Source: an uncultured delta proteobacterium (GTDB taxonomy: Bacteria; Desulfobacterota; Desulfobacteria; Desulfobacterales; Desulfosalsimonadaceae). From it: 64,000 nt of DNA. The notes under the pieces were generated by a model. The model was not told the DNA's origin. It did not search any database and saw only the letters and a list, made by a program, of their open reading frames with translations. Of the stretch, positions 20,301 to 30,246 are shown in pieces. The stretch's first letter is position 1; each line of letters starts with the position of its first letter. Location of the stretch: contig CAWGYD010000002.1 of assembly GCA_963826785.1 (NCBI GenBank), forward strand, positions 22,102 through 86,101. Reading direction: 5' to 3'. Position numbers and translations under genes: made by a program.

Positions 20301-21356
20301 TTAATTCTTCTCCGCTTTCTTTCCCGGAGCCGTCTCCGTTTTTTCGGCGGGGACTTCTTTTACCGACAATCCCACCGCCGCCCGGACCTTATCGCGCACC
20401 TGGGCGTACAAGTCCGCGTGGTCTTTGAAGAAGGATTTGACATTCTCCCGACCCTGTCCAATCCGTTCGCCTTCATAGGAGTACCAGGATCCGCTCTTTT
20501 CGATAACGCCGGCCTCCACCCCCAGGTCCAGCAGATCGCCCTCGGCGGAAATGCCGTCGCCGTACATAATGTCAAATTCCGCCTCTTTGAACGGCGGAGC
20601 CATTTTATTTTTTACCACCTTGGCCCGGGTGCGGTTTCCGGTGATCTCCTGGCCATCCTTGATGGCCCCGGTACGGCGGATTTCCAACCGGACCGAAGCG
20701 TAAAATTTCAGTGCATTGCCGCCGGTGGTGGTTTCGGGATTGCCGAACACTACGCCGATCTTCATGCGGATCTGGTTGATAAATATGACCGAGGTCATGG
20801 TCTTGCTGATGGTGGCGGTGAGTTTCCGCAGGGCCTGGGACATGAGCCGGGCCTGCAGGCCCATGTGGGAGTCGCCCATTTCCCCTTCGATTTCAGCCCG
20901 GGGAACCAGCGCCGCCACGGAGTCGATTACCAGCACGTCGATGGCGCCGGATCTCACCAGCATATCCGCAATTTCCAGTGCCTGCTCACCGGTATCCGGC
21001 TGGGAAACCAGCAGTTCGTCACAGTTGACCCCCAGCCTTCGCGCATAGGAGGTGTCCAGGGCATGCTCGGCATCGATAAAGGCGGCAATGCCGCCCTGTT
21101 TCTGGGCTTCGGCCACCACATGCAGGGCAAGCGTTGTTTTCCCGGAAGATTCCGGCCCGTAGATTTCCGTCACCCGTCCCCGGGGAATGCCGCCGATGCC
21201 CAGCGCCTTGTCCAGGGCAATGGAACCCGTGGGAATCACCGGCACGCTCACGACCACATTCGCGCCCAGTTTCATGATGGATCCCTTGCCGAACTGTCTT
21301 TCGATCTGGGTGATGGCGGACTCGACCGCCTTTTCCTTTTCAGCGGTTCTGCTCAT
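20301..21356 (-). CDS. recA: Recombinase RecA
   Basis: [37 protein letters not shown]. Confidence 0.99.
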   Translation of the reverse strand: MSRTAEKEKAVESAITQIERQFGKGSIMKLGANVVVSVPVIPTGSIALDKALGIGGIPRGRVTEIYGPESSGKTTLALHVVAEAQKQGGIAAFIDAEHALDTSYARRLGVNCDELLVSQPDTGEQALEIADMLVRSGAIDVLVIDSVAALVPRAEIEGEMGDSHMGLQARLMSQALRKLTATISKTMTSVIFINQIRMKIGVVFGNPETTTGGNALKFYASVRLEIRRTGAIKDGQEITGNRTRAKVVKNKMAPPFKEAEFDIMYGDGISAEGDLLDLGVEAGVIEKSGSWYSYEGERIGQGRENVKSFFKDHADLYAQVRDKVRAAVGLSVKEVPAEKTETAPGKKAEKN

Positions 21357-21439
21357 TTTGGGCCTCCTGGAAAATTAAACATTAATATCTGCCTGCCCGC
21401 ACATACGTATACGGCCATGCACCCATCCGCGCGCTGTCT

Positions 21440-22024
21440 TCACCTCTTCAGGGGCGCGGTAAACAATCGGGAGTGGACCGCACCGGAAGGCAGAAGATCG
21501 CTCTTATACAAGTGGACGGCTTCGACGACAAATGGATCGGATGCAAGCCCCGCATAGGCTTGAATCAGTTCGATGCACTGATCCGGACGGACTCTATCCT
21601 TGAAACGGCCCAGGGTCAGATGCCCGGTAAATTTCCGGTTTTCCCGCAAAAAACCCAGTTCGGCCAGACGGCTGTCCAGATCGGCATGAAAATCGGCCAG
21701 CTCGTCGGTCTGTCCATGGATACCGGTCCAGATCACGTTTGGCCGCCGCACGCCCGGAAATACGCCGACGCCTTTGACGGCCAGGGTCATCGGGGCGGCT
21801 GCCTCCGCGGCTGCCGTCATGGCCCGGCGGATCATCTCGACATCGGAGAGCGCCGCATCTCCTAAAAATTTCAGTGTCAGGTGCATGCTTTCGGGAAGCA
21901 CCCACCGGGCCCGGATTCGCCGGCGCTTGAGATCCTCCTGTATCCCGCACAGGATGCTTTTTAACGCATCGGGAACGGCAACGGCGATAAAGGCTCGAAT
22001 ATGATCCGAATTGGGTGCGGCCAT
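21440..22024 (-). CDS. thpR: RNA 2',3'-cyclic phosphodiesterase (2'-5' RNA ligase)
   Basis: RAFIA, two 2H motifs HLTLKFLG and HLTLGR; usual position upstream of recA. Confidence 0.92.
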   Translation of the reverse strand: MAAPNSDHIRAFIAVAVPDALKSILCGIQEDLKRRRIRARWVLPESMHLTLKFLGDAALSDVEMIRRAMTAAAEAAAPMTLAVKGVGVFPGVRRPNVIWTGIHGQTDELADFHADLDSRLAELGFLRENRKFTGHLTLGRFKDRVRPDQCIELIQAYAGLASDPFVVEAVHLYKSDLLPSGAVHSRLFTAPLKR

Positions 22025-22111
22025 GACAATTCCAACCCGTGTGCTGCGTCGTAGTTGGTTTTATATTCAGACAGCAGTTTGTGTCAAGGTAAACGTAAGG
22101 ATATTTGGCGG

Positions 22112-23272
22112 CTATTTCCGCCCGGATTCCGCCTGACGGCTGACCCGCTCATAGATTTGGCGGATAGGCAGATTCTGCTGCCGTGCGATTTCAGCGCAGG
22201 TTTCGTATTCCGGCACCAGGCGCCAGCCGCCGCCGGGACCACGGATTTTTTTGACTGAAACGATTCCCCACTCGGTTTCAACAGTGATGATTTCCCGCTC
22301 CAGAATGCGCCGGTTCACTTCATGATGCCGGACCCCCAGGGTCGTGGTTTCGGAAAGTATCCGCCGGATCAGGGCTTCCTTCAGGTGCAGGGGAGAGAGG
22401 ACCTGCACCAGGGTGGCGGGCCGGTTTTTCTTCATGAACACCGGCATGTAGCAGACATCCAACGCCCCATCCTCGAACAGGCGCTCCATCAGGAAACCAA
22501 AAATCTCCGGGTTCATGTCATCGATGCAGGTCTCGATCACGGACACCGTGTCCGCCGACAGCAGGGGCTCACCCAGGACGATGCGGAGCAGATTGGGCCG
22601 CTCTTTAAAATCTGCACTGCCCGACCCGTATCCGGTGTTCCGGATGACCATATCCGGCATGGGGCCGAAGTGGTCCGCCAGCGTTTTGATAATGGCCGCA
22701 CCCGTGGGGGTGACCATTTCACCGGCCACACCCGGATCGTATACCGGTACATCCTTGAGGATGGCCAGCGTGGCCGGCGCCGGCACGGGCAGACACCCGT
22801 GGGCGCATTGAACAAACCCGCTGCCCAGGGGGAGGCGCGAGGCGGATACGGATTCAATATTCAGGTGGTCCACGCACAGAGCAGTTCCCACGATGTCGAT
22901 GATGGCATCGATCCCCCCCAGTTCATGGAAATGGACCGTTTCTCTGGGGCGGTTATGGATGGCCCCTTCGGCTTCGGCCACCTTGTCGAACATGGAAAGG
23001 CTAAGAATTTTAGCCCTTTCCGGCAATGAAGAGGCCTCGATGAGCCGGACAATGTCGGCATAATTGCGCTCCGATTTGTCCAGCGATACCACCTCCACCT
23101 TTTTGGCGGAGATGCCATGCCGGGAAGTCTGCGAGACGGTCAGGTCGAAACCTTCCAGCAGATGGACCTTGAGTGTGCGGCGCAGCCAGTCCGGATCGAC
23201 GCCCGCATCGATGAACGCCCCCAGGGTCATGTCCCCGCTGATGCCGGAAAAACAGTCGAAATAGGCGATCAT
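22112..23272 (-). CDS. larC: Nickel pincer cofactor nickel insertase LarC
   Basis: DCFSGISGDM, HFHE, CAHG.LPVPAPAT, TPTGAA, MKKNRP, ETTTLGVR, PEYE. Confidence 0.93.
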   Translation of the reverse strand: MIAYFDCFSGISGDMTLGAFIDAGVDPDWLRRTLKVHLLEGFDLTVSQTSRHGISAKKVEVVSLDKSERNYADIVRLIEASSLPERAKILSLSMFDKVAEAEGAIHNRPRETVHFHELGGIDAIIDIVGTALCVDHLNIESVSASRLPLGSGFVQCAHGCLPVPAPATLAILKDVPVYDPGVAGEMVTPTGAAIIKTLADHFGPMPDMVIRNTGYGSGSADFKERPNLLRIVLGEPLLSADTVSVIETCIDDMNPEIFGFLMERLFEDGALDVCYMPVFMKKNRPATLVQVLSPLHLKEALIRRILSETTTLGVRHHEVNRRILEREIITVETEWGIVSVKKIRGPGGGWRLVPEYETCAEIARQQNLPIRQIYERVSRQAESGRK

Positions 23273-24420
23273 ATGGCGCCGCCGGCTTTGTGGTGCATGG
23301 AAATGATCTCCAGCAGGAGATGGACTGTTTTTTCCATGTCCGCCAGGCGGATCGATTCACGGACGCTGTGGATGTCCTTCATGCCGGTTCCGATGACGCC
23401 GGTGATGATCCCCTTGCCGAAAAAGATGTTGGCATCCGCCCCCCCGCCGGTCTTCCGGGGAGTGATGGTTCTGCCCAGATTTTTCGCCGCTGACCGGGCC
23501 AACGAAACCACCGGATGGTCCTCCGGGATAAAAGTCCTGGGAAATTCGTGTTCGATGTCGGCTTCCACCCGGGGCAGATCCTCCGTGTGGTGCGCCCGCC
23601 TGAATTCCGCCGCCGCCTCTTCAAACGCGGACACGATGCCGGTGACTTCCTGCTCCAGTTTTTTATCGTTATGGCTGCGGGCCTCGCCCTGGATGCGGAC
23701 CAGATTGGGGACGATATTGGTGGCCCCGCGGGCCTCGATGACGCCGATATTGCTGGTGGTTTCATGGTCCACACGCCCCAGCCGCAACCCGGAGATGGCT
23801 TTTCCCGCCAGCCAGATGGCATTGATCCCTTTTTCCGGGTCTGCGCCCGCATGGGCGTCCTTGCCGTACATCCGGATTTCAAACCGCTTCGCCGATGGCG
23901 CCTGGACGATGATGCTTTCCGTATCCGCCGTATCCAGGGCATAGCCGTATTCAGCGGAAATCAGATCGAAATCCAGGTTTTTGGCACCCATCAAACCGAT
24001 TTCTTCGGCAACGGTAAACACGATTTCAAGCGGGCCGTGGGGAATGTTATTTTCATGGAGAATTCGCAGCGTCTCGACGATGATGGCAATTGCGCCCTTA
24101 TCATCGGCTCCCAGGACCGTGGTTCCGTCACTGGTGAATACGCCGTCTGCAAACACCGGTGTCACCCCCCTGCCCGGCTCAACCGTATCCATGTGGGCAT
24201 TGATGAGAAGCGGCTTGACCTTCGGGTCCCCCTTGATTTTTATGATCAGGTTGCCGGTATTCCCGTTGATCATAGACCCTGCCTGATCGATGAGGATGCG
24301 GTGGGCCATGGGCGCTGCCATCTGCTGAATTTCCCGTGAAATCTGGGCCTCTTCCCTGGAAACGCTGTCAATGGAGGCCAGCCGTTTAAACGTATCGATG
24401 AGCCGTTGTTGGTTTAACAT
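23269..24420 (-). CDS. M20 family metallopeptidase (peptidase T-like)
   Basis: AHMDTV, LGADDKGA, EEIGL, GGGADAN, HSVRE; start moved to MLNQQRL. Confidence 0.9.
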   Translation of the reverse strand: MLNQQRLIDTFKRLASIDSVSREEAQISREIQQMAAPMAHRILIDQAGSMINGNTGNLIIKIKGDPKVKPLLINAHMDTVEPGRGVTPVFADGVFTSDGTTVLGADDKGAIAIIVETLRILHENNIPHGPLEIVFTVAEEIGLMGAKNLDFDLISAEYGYALDTADTESIIVQAPSAKRFEIRMYGKDAHAGADPEKGINAIWLAGKAISGLRLGRVDHETTSNIGVIEARGATNIVPNLVRIQGEARSHNDKKLEQEVTGIVSAFEEAAAEFRRAHHTEDLPRVEADIEHEFPRTFIPEDHPVVSLARSAAKNLGRTITPRKTGGGADANIFFGKGIITGVIGTGMKDIHSVRESIRLADMEKTVHLLLEIISMHHKAGGAI

Positions 24421-24503
24421 ATCTTTACCGCCTGTGAGCCTGCTAAAAATCTGTTGACAAGAATCGAGCCGATTCATTACTTTAATAAATTAAGAATGCA
24501 AAT

Positions 24504-24601
24504 GGAAGTGCCAAGCTCACTGGTGGGGCTCCCGGACTTCAAATCCGGTGTAGGGCGTTAATACCGTCCTAGGTGGGTTCGATTCCCATGCACTTCCGCC
24601 A
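24504..24601 (+). tRNA. selC: tRNA-Sec (anticodon UCA)
   Basis: 8-bp acceptor stem GGAAGTGC/GCACTTCC, anticodon arm CCGGA-CTTCAAA-TCCGG, long variable arm TAGGGCG/CGTCCTA, T-loop TTCGATT, 3' GCCA; TTGACA about 50 bp upstream. Confidence 0.97.
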
Positions 24602-24977
24602 CTCTTTTCTAATAAAATCGATTGCTTACCTTTTTCAAAATCCCCAAAATAGGTTGACAAGACGTTGACAAGGTTTTTTTCTTATAAGCCCTCCCTTAAC
24701 TAAAAGCAAGGGGAGAACAATAAGCTTTTTCTTTATCATTTAATATATATCCCCTATTCCGGTTCAAGCCATTATGGAAGTCGCAGAAGAGATCATGTGC
24801 TCCGACGAGCTTCTGGGGACCCATTCTCGCACATGATGTCGTCCTGCTCAAGCTGTGCCGGATTTTAAATGATCATCTTTCCACATCCCTTCTCCCTTAA
24901 ACCATTTTTATCTTGATTTTTTTTGATTTTTGGATAAAAATACCTATATTCAATAAAAACTATATGTATAATTATCC

Positions 24978-25598
24978 ATGAGAAAAAAGATCAGCAGTAA
25001 ATCTCCCCAGGAAAAAGCACAACAGATCATCAAAAAAAGGGGGGGAATAATCCGGACAGCAGAGGCCATTAAATCCGGAATTCACCCGCGAACTCTCTAT
25101 GCGCTCCGCGATAATGGTATTCTGGATCAAATTTCGCGCGGGGTTTACCATCTTTCGGAACAGGCTCCGATATCCGATCCAGATCTTGTTACAGTGGCCT
25201 TGAGAATCCCCAGAGCGGTTATTTGTCTTGTTTCCGCACTGGCTTTCCATGGCATCACGACTCAGGTTCCGCACAAGGTTTACATTGCGCTTGAAAAAGG
25301 CGCTGAGTCACCGCGGATAGACCACCCGCCTCTGTCCATTCACCGATTTTCCAGGGAAAGTCTTTCTACAGGAATAGAAAAACATGAAATTAATGGCGTT
25401 GCGATCCGTGTCTACAGTCCTGAAAAAACACTGGCGGATTGTTTCAAATTCAGAAACAAAATCGGCATGGATATCGTTCTTGAAGCTCTGAAACTTTATA
25501 AGGCAAGGAAGGAATTCAATATTGGAGAGATTTTACAGAATGCGCGTGTTTGCAAAGTAGAAAGGGTGATGAAACCTTATTTGGAGATGGTAATATAA
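24978..25598 (+). CDS. Type IV toxin-antitoxin AbiEi family antitoxin
   Basis: GIIRTAEA..GIHPRTLY, RGVY, ICLVSALAFHGIT, YSPEKTLADCFKFRNKIG. Confidence 0.85.
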   Translation: MRKKISSKSPQEKAQQIIKKRGGIIRTAEAIKSGIHPRTLYALRDNGILDQISRGVYHLSEQAPISDPDLVTVALRIPRAVICLVSALAFHGITTQVPHKVYIALEKGAESPRIDHPPLSIHRFSRESLSTGIEKHEINGVAIRVYSPEKTLADCFKFRNKIGMDIVLEALKLYKARKEFNIGEILQNARVCKVERVMKPYLEMVI

Positions 25599-25638
25599 AC
25601 CAAAAAATCCGTTTGTAATGGAAATAAATTCCGGCCAC

Positions 25639-25878
25639 TTAAGCTTCAGCAAATGGGTAGCCACCGGTCCCTGGGTTTAATTTAACAGGCCGTTTGAGCC
25701 GCCAGTCCGGGCCGAGGACCCGGATCACCTGGCCCATCCCGGCAATCCTTGAGGATATGCGTTTGTCGACGCGTTCCGCGATCTCGTCAAGGGAGAGGTT
25801 GGAGGTGAATATGATGGGCTTAAAGGCGTTGTCTCGTTCGTAAATGATGTAATTGAGGGTCTTTTTCACCCAATCCGT
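25639..25878 (-). pseudogene. C-terminal fragment of an IstB/DnaC-like AAA+ helicase loader
   Basis: DWVKKTLNYIIYER...PIIFTSNL...RISSRIAGM...GPDWR; no Walker A region present. Confidence 0.7.
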
Positions 25879-25887
25879 GTGTTTTTC

Positions 25888-26565
25888 TCATTTCAGAAAG
25901 GACGATTGCCCGCTCCATTTCAGTTTTTCTGGCGGCAAAGCATCCGCCTTCAATATTTTGGCCTCATCGGTCCTGGGGTGATTACCGGAAAATGTGCGGA
26001 TAGCGGTGATAATGTCCTGCTTGTAGGGAAGATCATCAATCAGCGGATCAAGGACAATAAGCGTCTTTGCCCCTACCCCGCCGATAACCTCCGCGGTGGA
26101 CAACATCCCCAGGCAATGTCCCAGGCAGATAATGAGGACCTTGCCGACGATCATCTCATAGTCGCGGTGCGACTTTTTAATCATATCCATCGCGATCCGC
26201 GCCGCGCGGATTGAGTGCTCCCGCAAAGAAATCCCGGATAAAGCCTCTTCTTCATCCGAATTATCACAACAGGAGGGGCAATCCCCTCGTTCATCCAGCA
26301 GGGTCGTTATCTGATCAATGACCGGTTTTACCGGACCGAGTGCGCCAATGTGAGGCGCCACACATTGGGCATAAAACCGGCGGATCTCTTCATGCAAGTT
26401 ATGTAGCGACTCAGGCAAGCCCCGATTGATCCGAGGATAACTGAATTGCCATAAAGAAGAATTCGTCGGTTTGCTTTGGCCATAAGTCAAAAAGCTTTTT
26501 TGATCTGGCGCCAGCATGTATTTTGGGCCGTTCAGCAAGTGAACGCACCTGCCTGATTCTTTCAA
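25888..26565 (-). pseudogene. Degenerate HD-domain protein of the type found in integrative elements
   Basis: SLREHSIRAA...CLGHCLG (HD motif eroded)...LKAD; no clear start. Confidence 0.45.
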
Positions 26566-26646
26566 TACTTCATAATGGGATATAACGGTGGCGACAGAAG
26601 AATAATTCCTTTATATATTTAGAGGAGTGGAAAGATTGGAGGGATT

Positions 26647-26808
26647 ATGATCAAGGTTCATATAGACGCGACCATTAGTCGGCCGATTGAAGTGGTTTTT
26701 GAGCAATTAATCGATATTTCGCGATATCCTGAGTGGATGCCGGATAATGGTCTGTTCGTCTCATGTACCAAGGTTTCACAATCCGCTATTTTAAACATTT
26801 ACTATTGA
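26647..26808 (+). pseudogene. Truncated SRPBCC/START family gene
   Basis: GGAGG RBS then MIKVHIDATISRPIEVVFEQLIDISRYPEWMP..., stops after about 53 codons. Confidence 0.55.
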
Positions 26809-27026
26809 ATGCTTTCTTGATATTTTTTTTAAACATCCGGAAACTTCCCGCTTAAGCGCGTATACACTAAAATTTAAAAATAGATATTCTGAAACTGTCT
26901 GCGGGATTATTAATTTTTGTCGATTACAAATCGTTAAATTATTTTTCATGACTATTTCAAATGTCCGGGAAATTTTATTTTTTCCACGAAAGTATTGCGG
27001 ATTATTTATCATGAAGGTGGCCGTAT

Positions 27027-29123
27027 ATGGATAAGGACAATCCAAAACCACGAACGCGCATGCCGGAAAAATCCGAGAGTCAAAATGCCCTGCTAAAGCA
27101 GGAGATTAACCGTCGCAAGCGGGCTGAAAAACAATTGACGGTCGTAACCGAAGAATTAGAAGCTATTAAATCGGAGAGGGCTTCTTACAAGCAGAATACG
27201 GAGGAGGGATCTCGCTTTGATAAGCTGCTGTTGGATATCTCCGCACATTTTATTAATTTGCCGTCCGAACAGATAGATAATGAGATTATGGACGTCCAGC
27301 GCCAGGTTTGCAAATTACTGGGACTGGATCTGAGCACACTCTGGCAATGGTCGGATGATGATCCGGAAACGTATATTCTGACCCATTATTATCGCCCTTT
27401 GGGAGGGCCGCCGGTGCCTGAGAAGATGAGAGCAATCGATTTTTTCCCATGGAGCCAGCAAAGAATAAGGGAGGGCAGGAGAGCTACAGTTTCGTCCATG
27501 GATAATCTCCCTCCCGAAGCCGCCCGTGATAAGGAAACGTGGCGTCATTACGGCGTCAAGGCAAATGTGACAATACCGCTACAGCTATCCGGCGAGCAGG
27601 TTATCGGCGCTATCTCGTTTAACGACATGCAGTCCGAGCGCACATGGTCGGAAACGATTTTGCAGCGGCTCCATTTGGTTGCGACAATATTTGCCAATGC
27701 AATTGCCCGGAAATTCAAAGACCAGGACTTACGCGAGGCAGAGAGGCGTTTAAGAATGGCCACGGATGCCGCCAGGGCGGGTCTGTGGGGCATGGATATG
27801 GACACCGAAAAGGTCTGGGTGTCGTCGTCATTAAAAGAATTATTTTATTTTGCGCCGGAAGAAGAAGTGACTTATCAGAGTTTTTTGGGAAAAATTCATC
27901 CCGACGATCATGATCGGGTTCGTCAATCGGTAGAGCAGTTGGTTCATTCAAAGGAAAACCTGCACAGCGATTACCGGATTGTTCTTCCTGACGGACAAAT
28001 CCGGTGGATATGCGCGCGGGGAAAACTGCAACTTAAGCCGGATGGGAAATCGAGCCGGCTGATGGGTATTTCAGTCGATATTACCGACCGCGTGAAGATC
28101 GAAAACCAGCTAAAAGACCGTATCCAGGAGATTGCAAAACTGAAGAAACAGGTTGAAAATGAGAACCTCTATCTTAAACAAGAGATCAAGTTTATCGGTG
28201 AACATAGTAAGATTGTGGGTCAAAGCCTTGCCATGAAACGGATTCTGGCGGAAGCCGAGCAGGTCGCTTCCACGGATTCAACCATCCTTCTCCTTGGTGA
28301 GACAGGGACCGGCAAGGAGATGCTGGCCCGGTTCATTCATCAGGTGAGCAAACGAAAAAGCCGTCCGATGGTGACCATCAATTGTGCGTCTCTTCCCCCA
28401 ACTTTGATTGAAAGCGAGTTGTTCGGCCGGGAAAAAGGCGCTTATACCGGCGCTTTAACCCAGATGATCGGTCGTTTCGAAATCGCGGACGGGTCGACGC
28501 TTTTTCTTGATGAAATCGGCGAAATCCCGCTGGAGCTTCAAAGCAAACTGCTTCGGGTTCTTGAAGAAGGTGTTTTTGAGCGGCTGGGTTCCACAAAGCC
28601 TATCCACACCAATGCCCGAATCATCGCCGCCACCAACCGCGACTTGGAGAAGGAAGTGGCTGAGGGCCGCTTTCGAAAGGATCTTTTCTATCGGTTGAGT
28701 GTTTTCCCTATTTTGATGCCCCCACTTCGTGATCGTCCTGAAGATATCCCGCTGTTGGTGTGGTCCTTTGTCGAGGAATTTAAAATGCGGATGGGAAAGG
28801 AAGTCAACGCCATTCCATCAAAAAGCATGGAATCCCTTCGTTCGTATTCCTGGCCGGGCAACGTTCGAGAACTGAGAAATGTCGTCGAACATGCCATGAT
28901 CCTGTGCACCAATGCGAATCTGAGCATTCGGCCCCCGCAGTCTGGATTGGAGCAGCAAAACAGTTTGGATAAGCTGGTGGATATTGAGCGGCAGCATATT
29001 TTGTCCGCATTGGAGCGAAGCAACTGGCGGGTCAGCGCCACCGCCGGAATCCTTGGCCTGAAACGGTCGACCCTTCATTCCAAAATGAAGAAATTGAGTA
29101 TTTCCCGCCCCAACAACCCATAA
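27027..29123 (+). CDS. Sigma-54-dependent enhancer-binding protein (GAF-PAS-AAA+-Fis HTH)
   Basis: GAF-like region, PAS/PAC (IHPDD...DYRI..PDGQIRW), GETGTGKE, ESELFG..KGAYTGA, FLDEIGE, WPGNVREL, C-terminal HTH; no receiver domain. Confidence 0.95.
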   Translation: MDKDNPKPRTRMPEKSESQNALLKQEINRRKRAEKQLTVVTEELEAIKSERASYKQNTEEGSRFDKLLLDISAHFINLPSEQIDNEIMDVQRQVCKLLGLDLSTLWQWSDDDPETYILTHYYRPLGGPPVPEKMRAIDFFPWSQQRIREGRRATVSSMDNLPPEAARDKETWRHYGVKANVTIPLQLSGEQVIGAISFNDMQSERTWSETILQRLHLVATIFANAIARKFKDQDLREAERRLRMATDAARAGLWGMDMDTEKVWVSSSLKELFYFAPEEEVTYQSFLGKIHPDDHDRVRQSVEQLVHSKENLHSDYRIVLPDGQIRWICARGKLQLKPDGKSSRLMGISVDITDRVKIENQLKDRIQEIAKLKKQVENENLYLKQEIKFIGEHSKIVGQSLAMKRILAEAEQVASTDSTILLLGETGTGKEMLARFIHQVSKRKSRPMVTINCASLPPTLIESELFGREKGAYTGALTQMIGRFEIADGSTLFLDEIGEIPLELQSKLLRVLEEGVFERLGSTKPIHTNARIIAATNRDLEKEVAEGRFRKDLFYRLSVFPILMPPLRDRPEDIPLLVWSFVEEFKMRMGKEVNAIPSKSMESLRSYSWPGNVRELRNVVEHAMILCTNANLSIRPPQSGLEQQNSLDKLVDIERQHILSALERSNWRVSATAGILGLKRSTLHSKMKKLSISRPNNP

Positions 29124-29158
29124 TGCCGATATTAAGGCTTTTTGACGAAATATCGGCA
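29124..29158. promoter_or_regulatory. Tandem 16-bp imperfect palindromes (candidate EBP binding sites)
   Basis: TGCCGATATTAAGGCT-N3-TGACGAAATATCGGCA directly after the EBP stop codon. Confidence 0.6.
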
Positions 29159-29524
29159 AAAAGCTATTTCCCTCCAATTTTTAAAAACCTTTCATTTCTC
29201 AAAAAATCTTATTTAACGCAATCTGTTTATCTATGAAACTCCAGCAGCGCGTTTGGGGATCACTTTCTCCCCCCATTCGCAAAGGGGGGGCTCCGGGAGA
29301 GATTTGAATTCCGGCACGTCAAAATTCCTTGAAAACCCCCTTTCAAACTTTCAAAGGGGAACTTTTGTGCCCCATTTCAAAGAGAGTAAAATTACAAATT
29401 TATTGGAGTTATCCAGATAACCAGGTAACGCAATATCATTATAAATAAATGCCCCAGTTGGTTTCCGTCGGGTGTGCCTTTCGCTTAATATTTTCCATAT
29501 GGCAACAAACAGAGCCATATTAAA

Positions 29525-29559
29525 TGGCGATATTAAGCCATCTTGCTTAAATATCGCTA
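29525..29559. promoter_or_regulatory. Tandem 16-bp sites (candidate UAS of the left operon)
   Basis: TGGCGATATTAAGCCA-N3-TGCTTAAATATCGCTA, about 99 bp upstream of the -24 element. Confidence 0.65.
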
Positions 29560-29657
29560 CCCAATTGCTTTTTTTGCCTCTCCCAAGAATTCCATTCAAC
29601 TGAATATTTCAAGTAATTCAAGCGCATTATCAAATAATTTGGTTTTTATTTCCAAAC

Positions 29658-29673
29658 TGGCACATGTTTCGCA
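29658..29673 (+). promoter_or_regulatory. Sigma-54 -24/-12 promoter
   Basis: TGGCACATGTTTCGCA: GG-N10-GC with exact spacing, 112 bp before the first gene. Confidence 0.75.
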
Positions 29674-29784
29674 CCACATTTATCATATTCATGAATGCCA
29701 AATGATATTCGTCGGAAAACCGATAACATAGCTATTTTTTGACGACTTACGCATGATGTCAATCAAGCCAGAAAAAGGGCACCA

Positions 29785-30132
29785 ATGATCCATTCAAGCA
29801 TCAGAATGACAATATCCCCAAGAAAACGAACCGAAGCATTAAAAATCCTCAGAATGGCCGCAGAGTATTGTAAAATTCGGCCTGAGTGCCTCAGTTGTCA
29901 TATTTATGAGGATCTGGATGGAAAAAATACCATTCTGTTCACTGGAAAATGGCGGTGCGGAGAGGATTTTGAGCAATATCTCCGGTCGGATGAATACCGG
30001 AATGTCCTTCTCGTGATGGAGATGGCGGAAAATGAACCGGAGGTCCGGTTTGATGAGGTAGGCAGATCGACAGGGATCGAGACTATTGAAAAAGCAAGGA
30101 GATACAATCGAATTCAAAATGGGTCAGATTAG
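29785..30132 (+). CDS. Antibiotic-biosynthesis-monooxygenase (ABM) fold protein with CxxC
   Basis: ECLSCHIYED...W...YLRSDEY; paralog of 61208-61552. Confidence 0.8.
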   Translation: MIHSSIRMTISPRKRTEALKILRMAAEYCKIRPECLSCHIYEDLDGKNTILFTGKWRCGEDFEQYLRSDEYRNVLLVMEMAENEPEVRFDEVGRSTGIETIEKARRYNRIQNGSD

Positions 30133-30246
30133 TGGTCGCAATGATAAGTGCTGAACATAAAAATCATATGAAAACCCAAACCCGGATGCATTTGGAAAAC
30201 GCTATATTTTTTTACCTGAAAAAACCAGCAAAACAAGGAGAACGTC

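Noticed and set aside
18272..21557. Long + strand ORFs (376, 327, 379 aa)
   Set aside because: Antisense shadows of alaS and recA caused by codon bias; no recognisable motifs
22112..23272. Lactate racemase (lar) cluster
   Set aside because: Only larC is present; scattered lar genes are common
26791..27051. Short ORFs in AT-rich spacers (also 29351-29731 and 61577-62006)
   Set aside because: No RBS or motif support; they overlap regulatory DNA
28420..28460. GAYTGA instead of GAFTGA as a sign of an inactive EBP
   Set aside because: The Tyr variant occurs in functional sigma-54 activators and the other AAA+ motifs are intact
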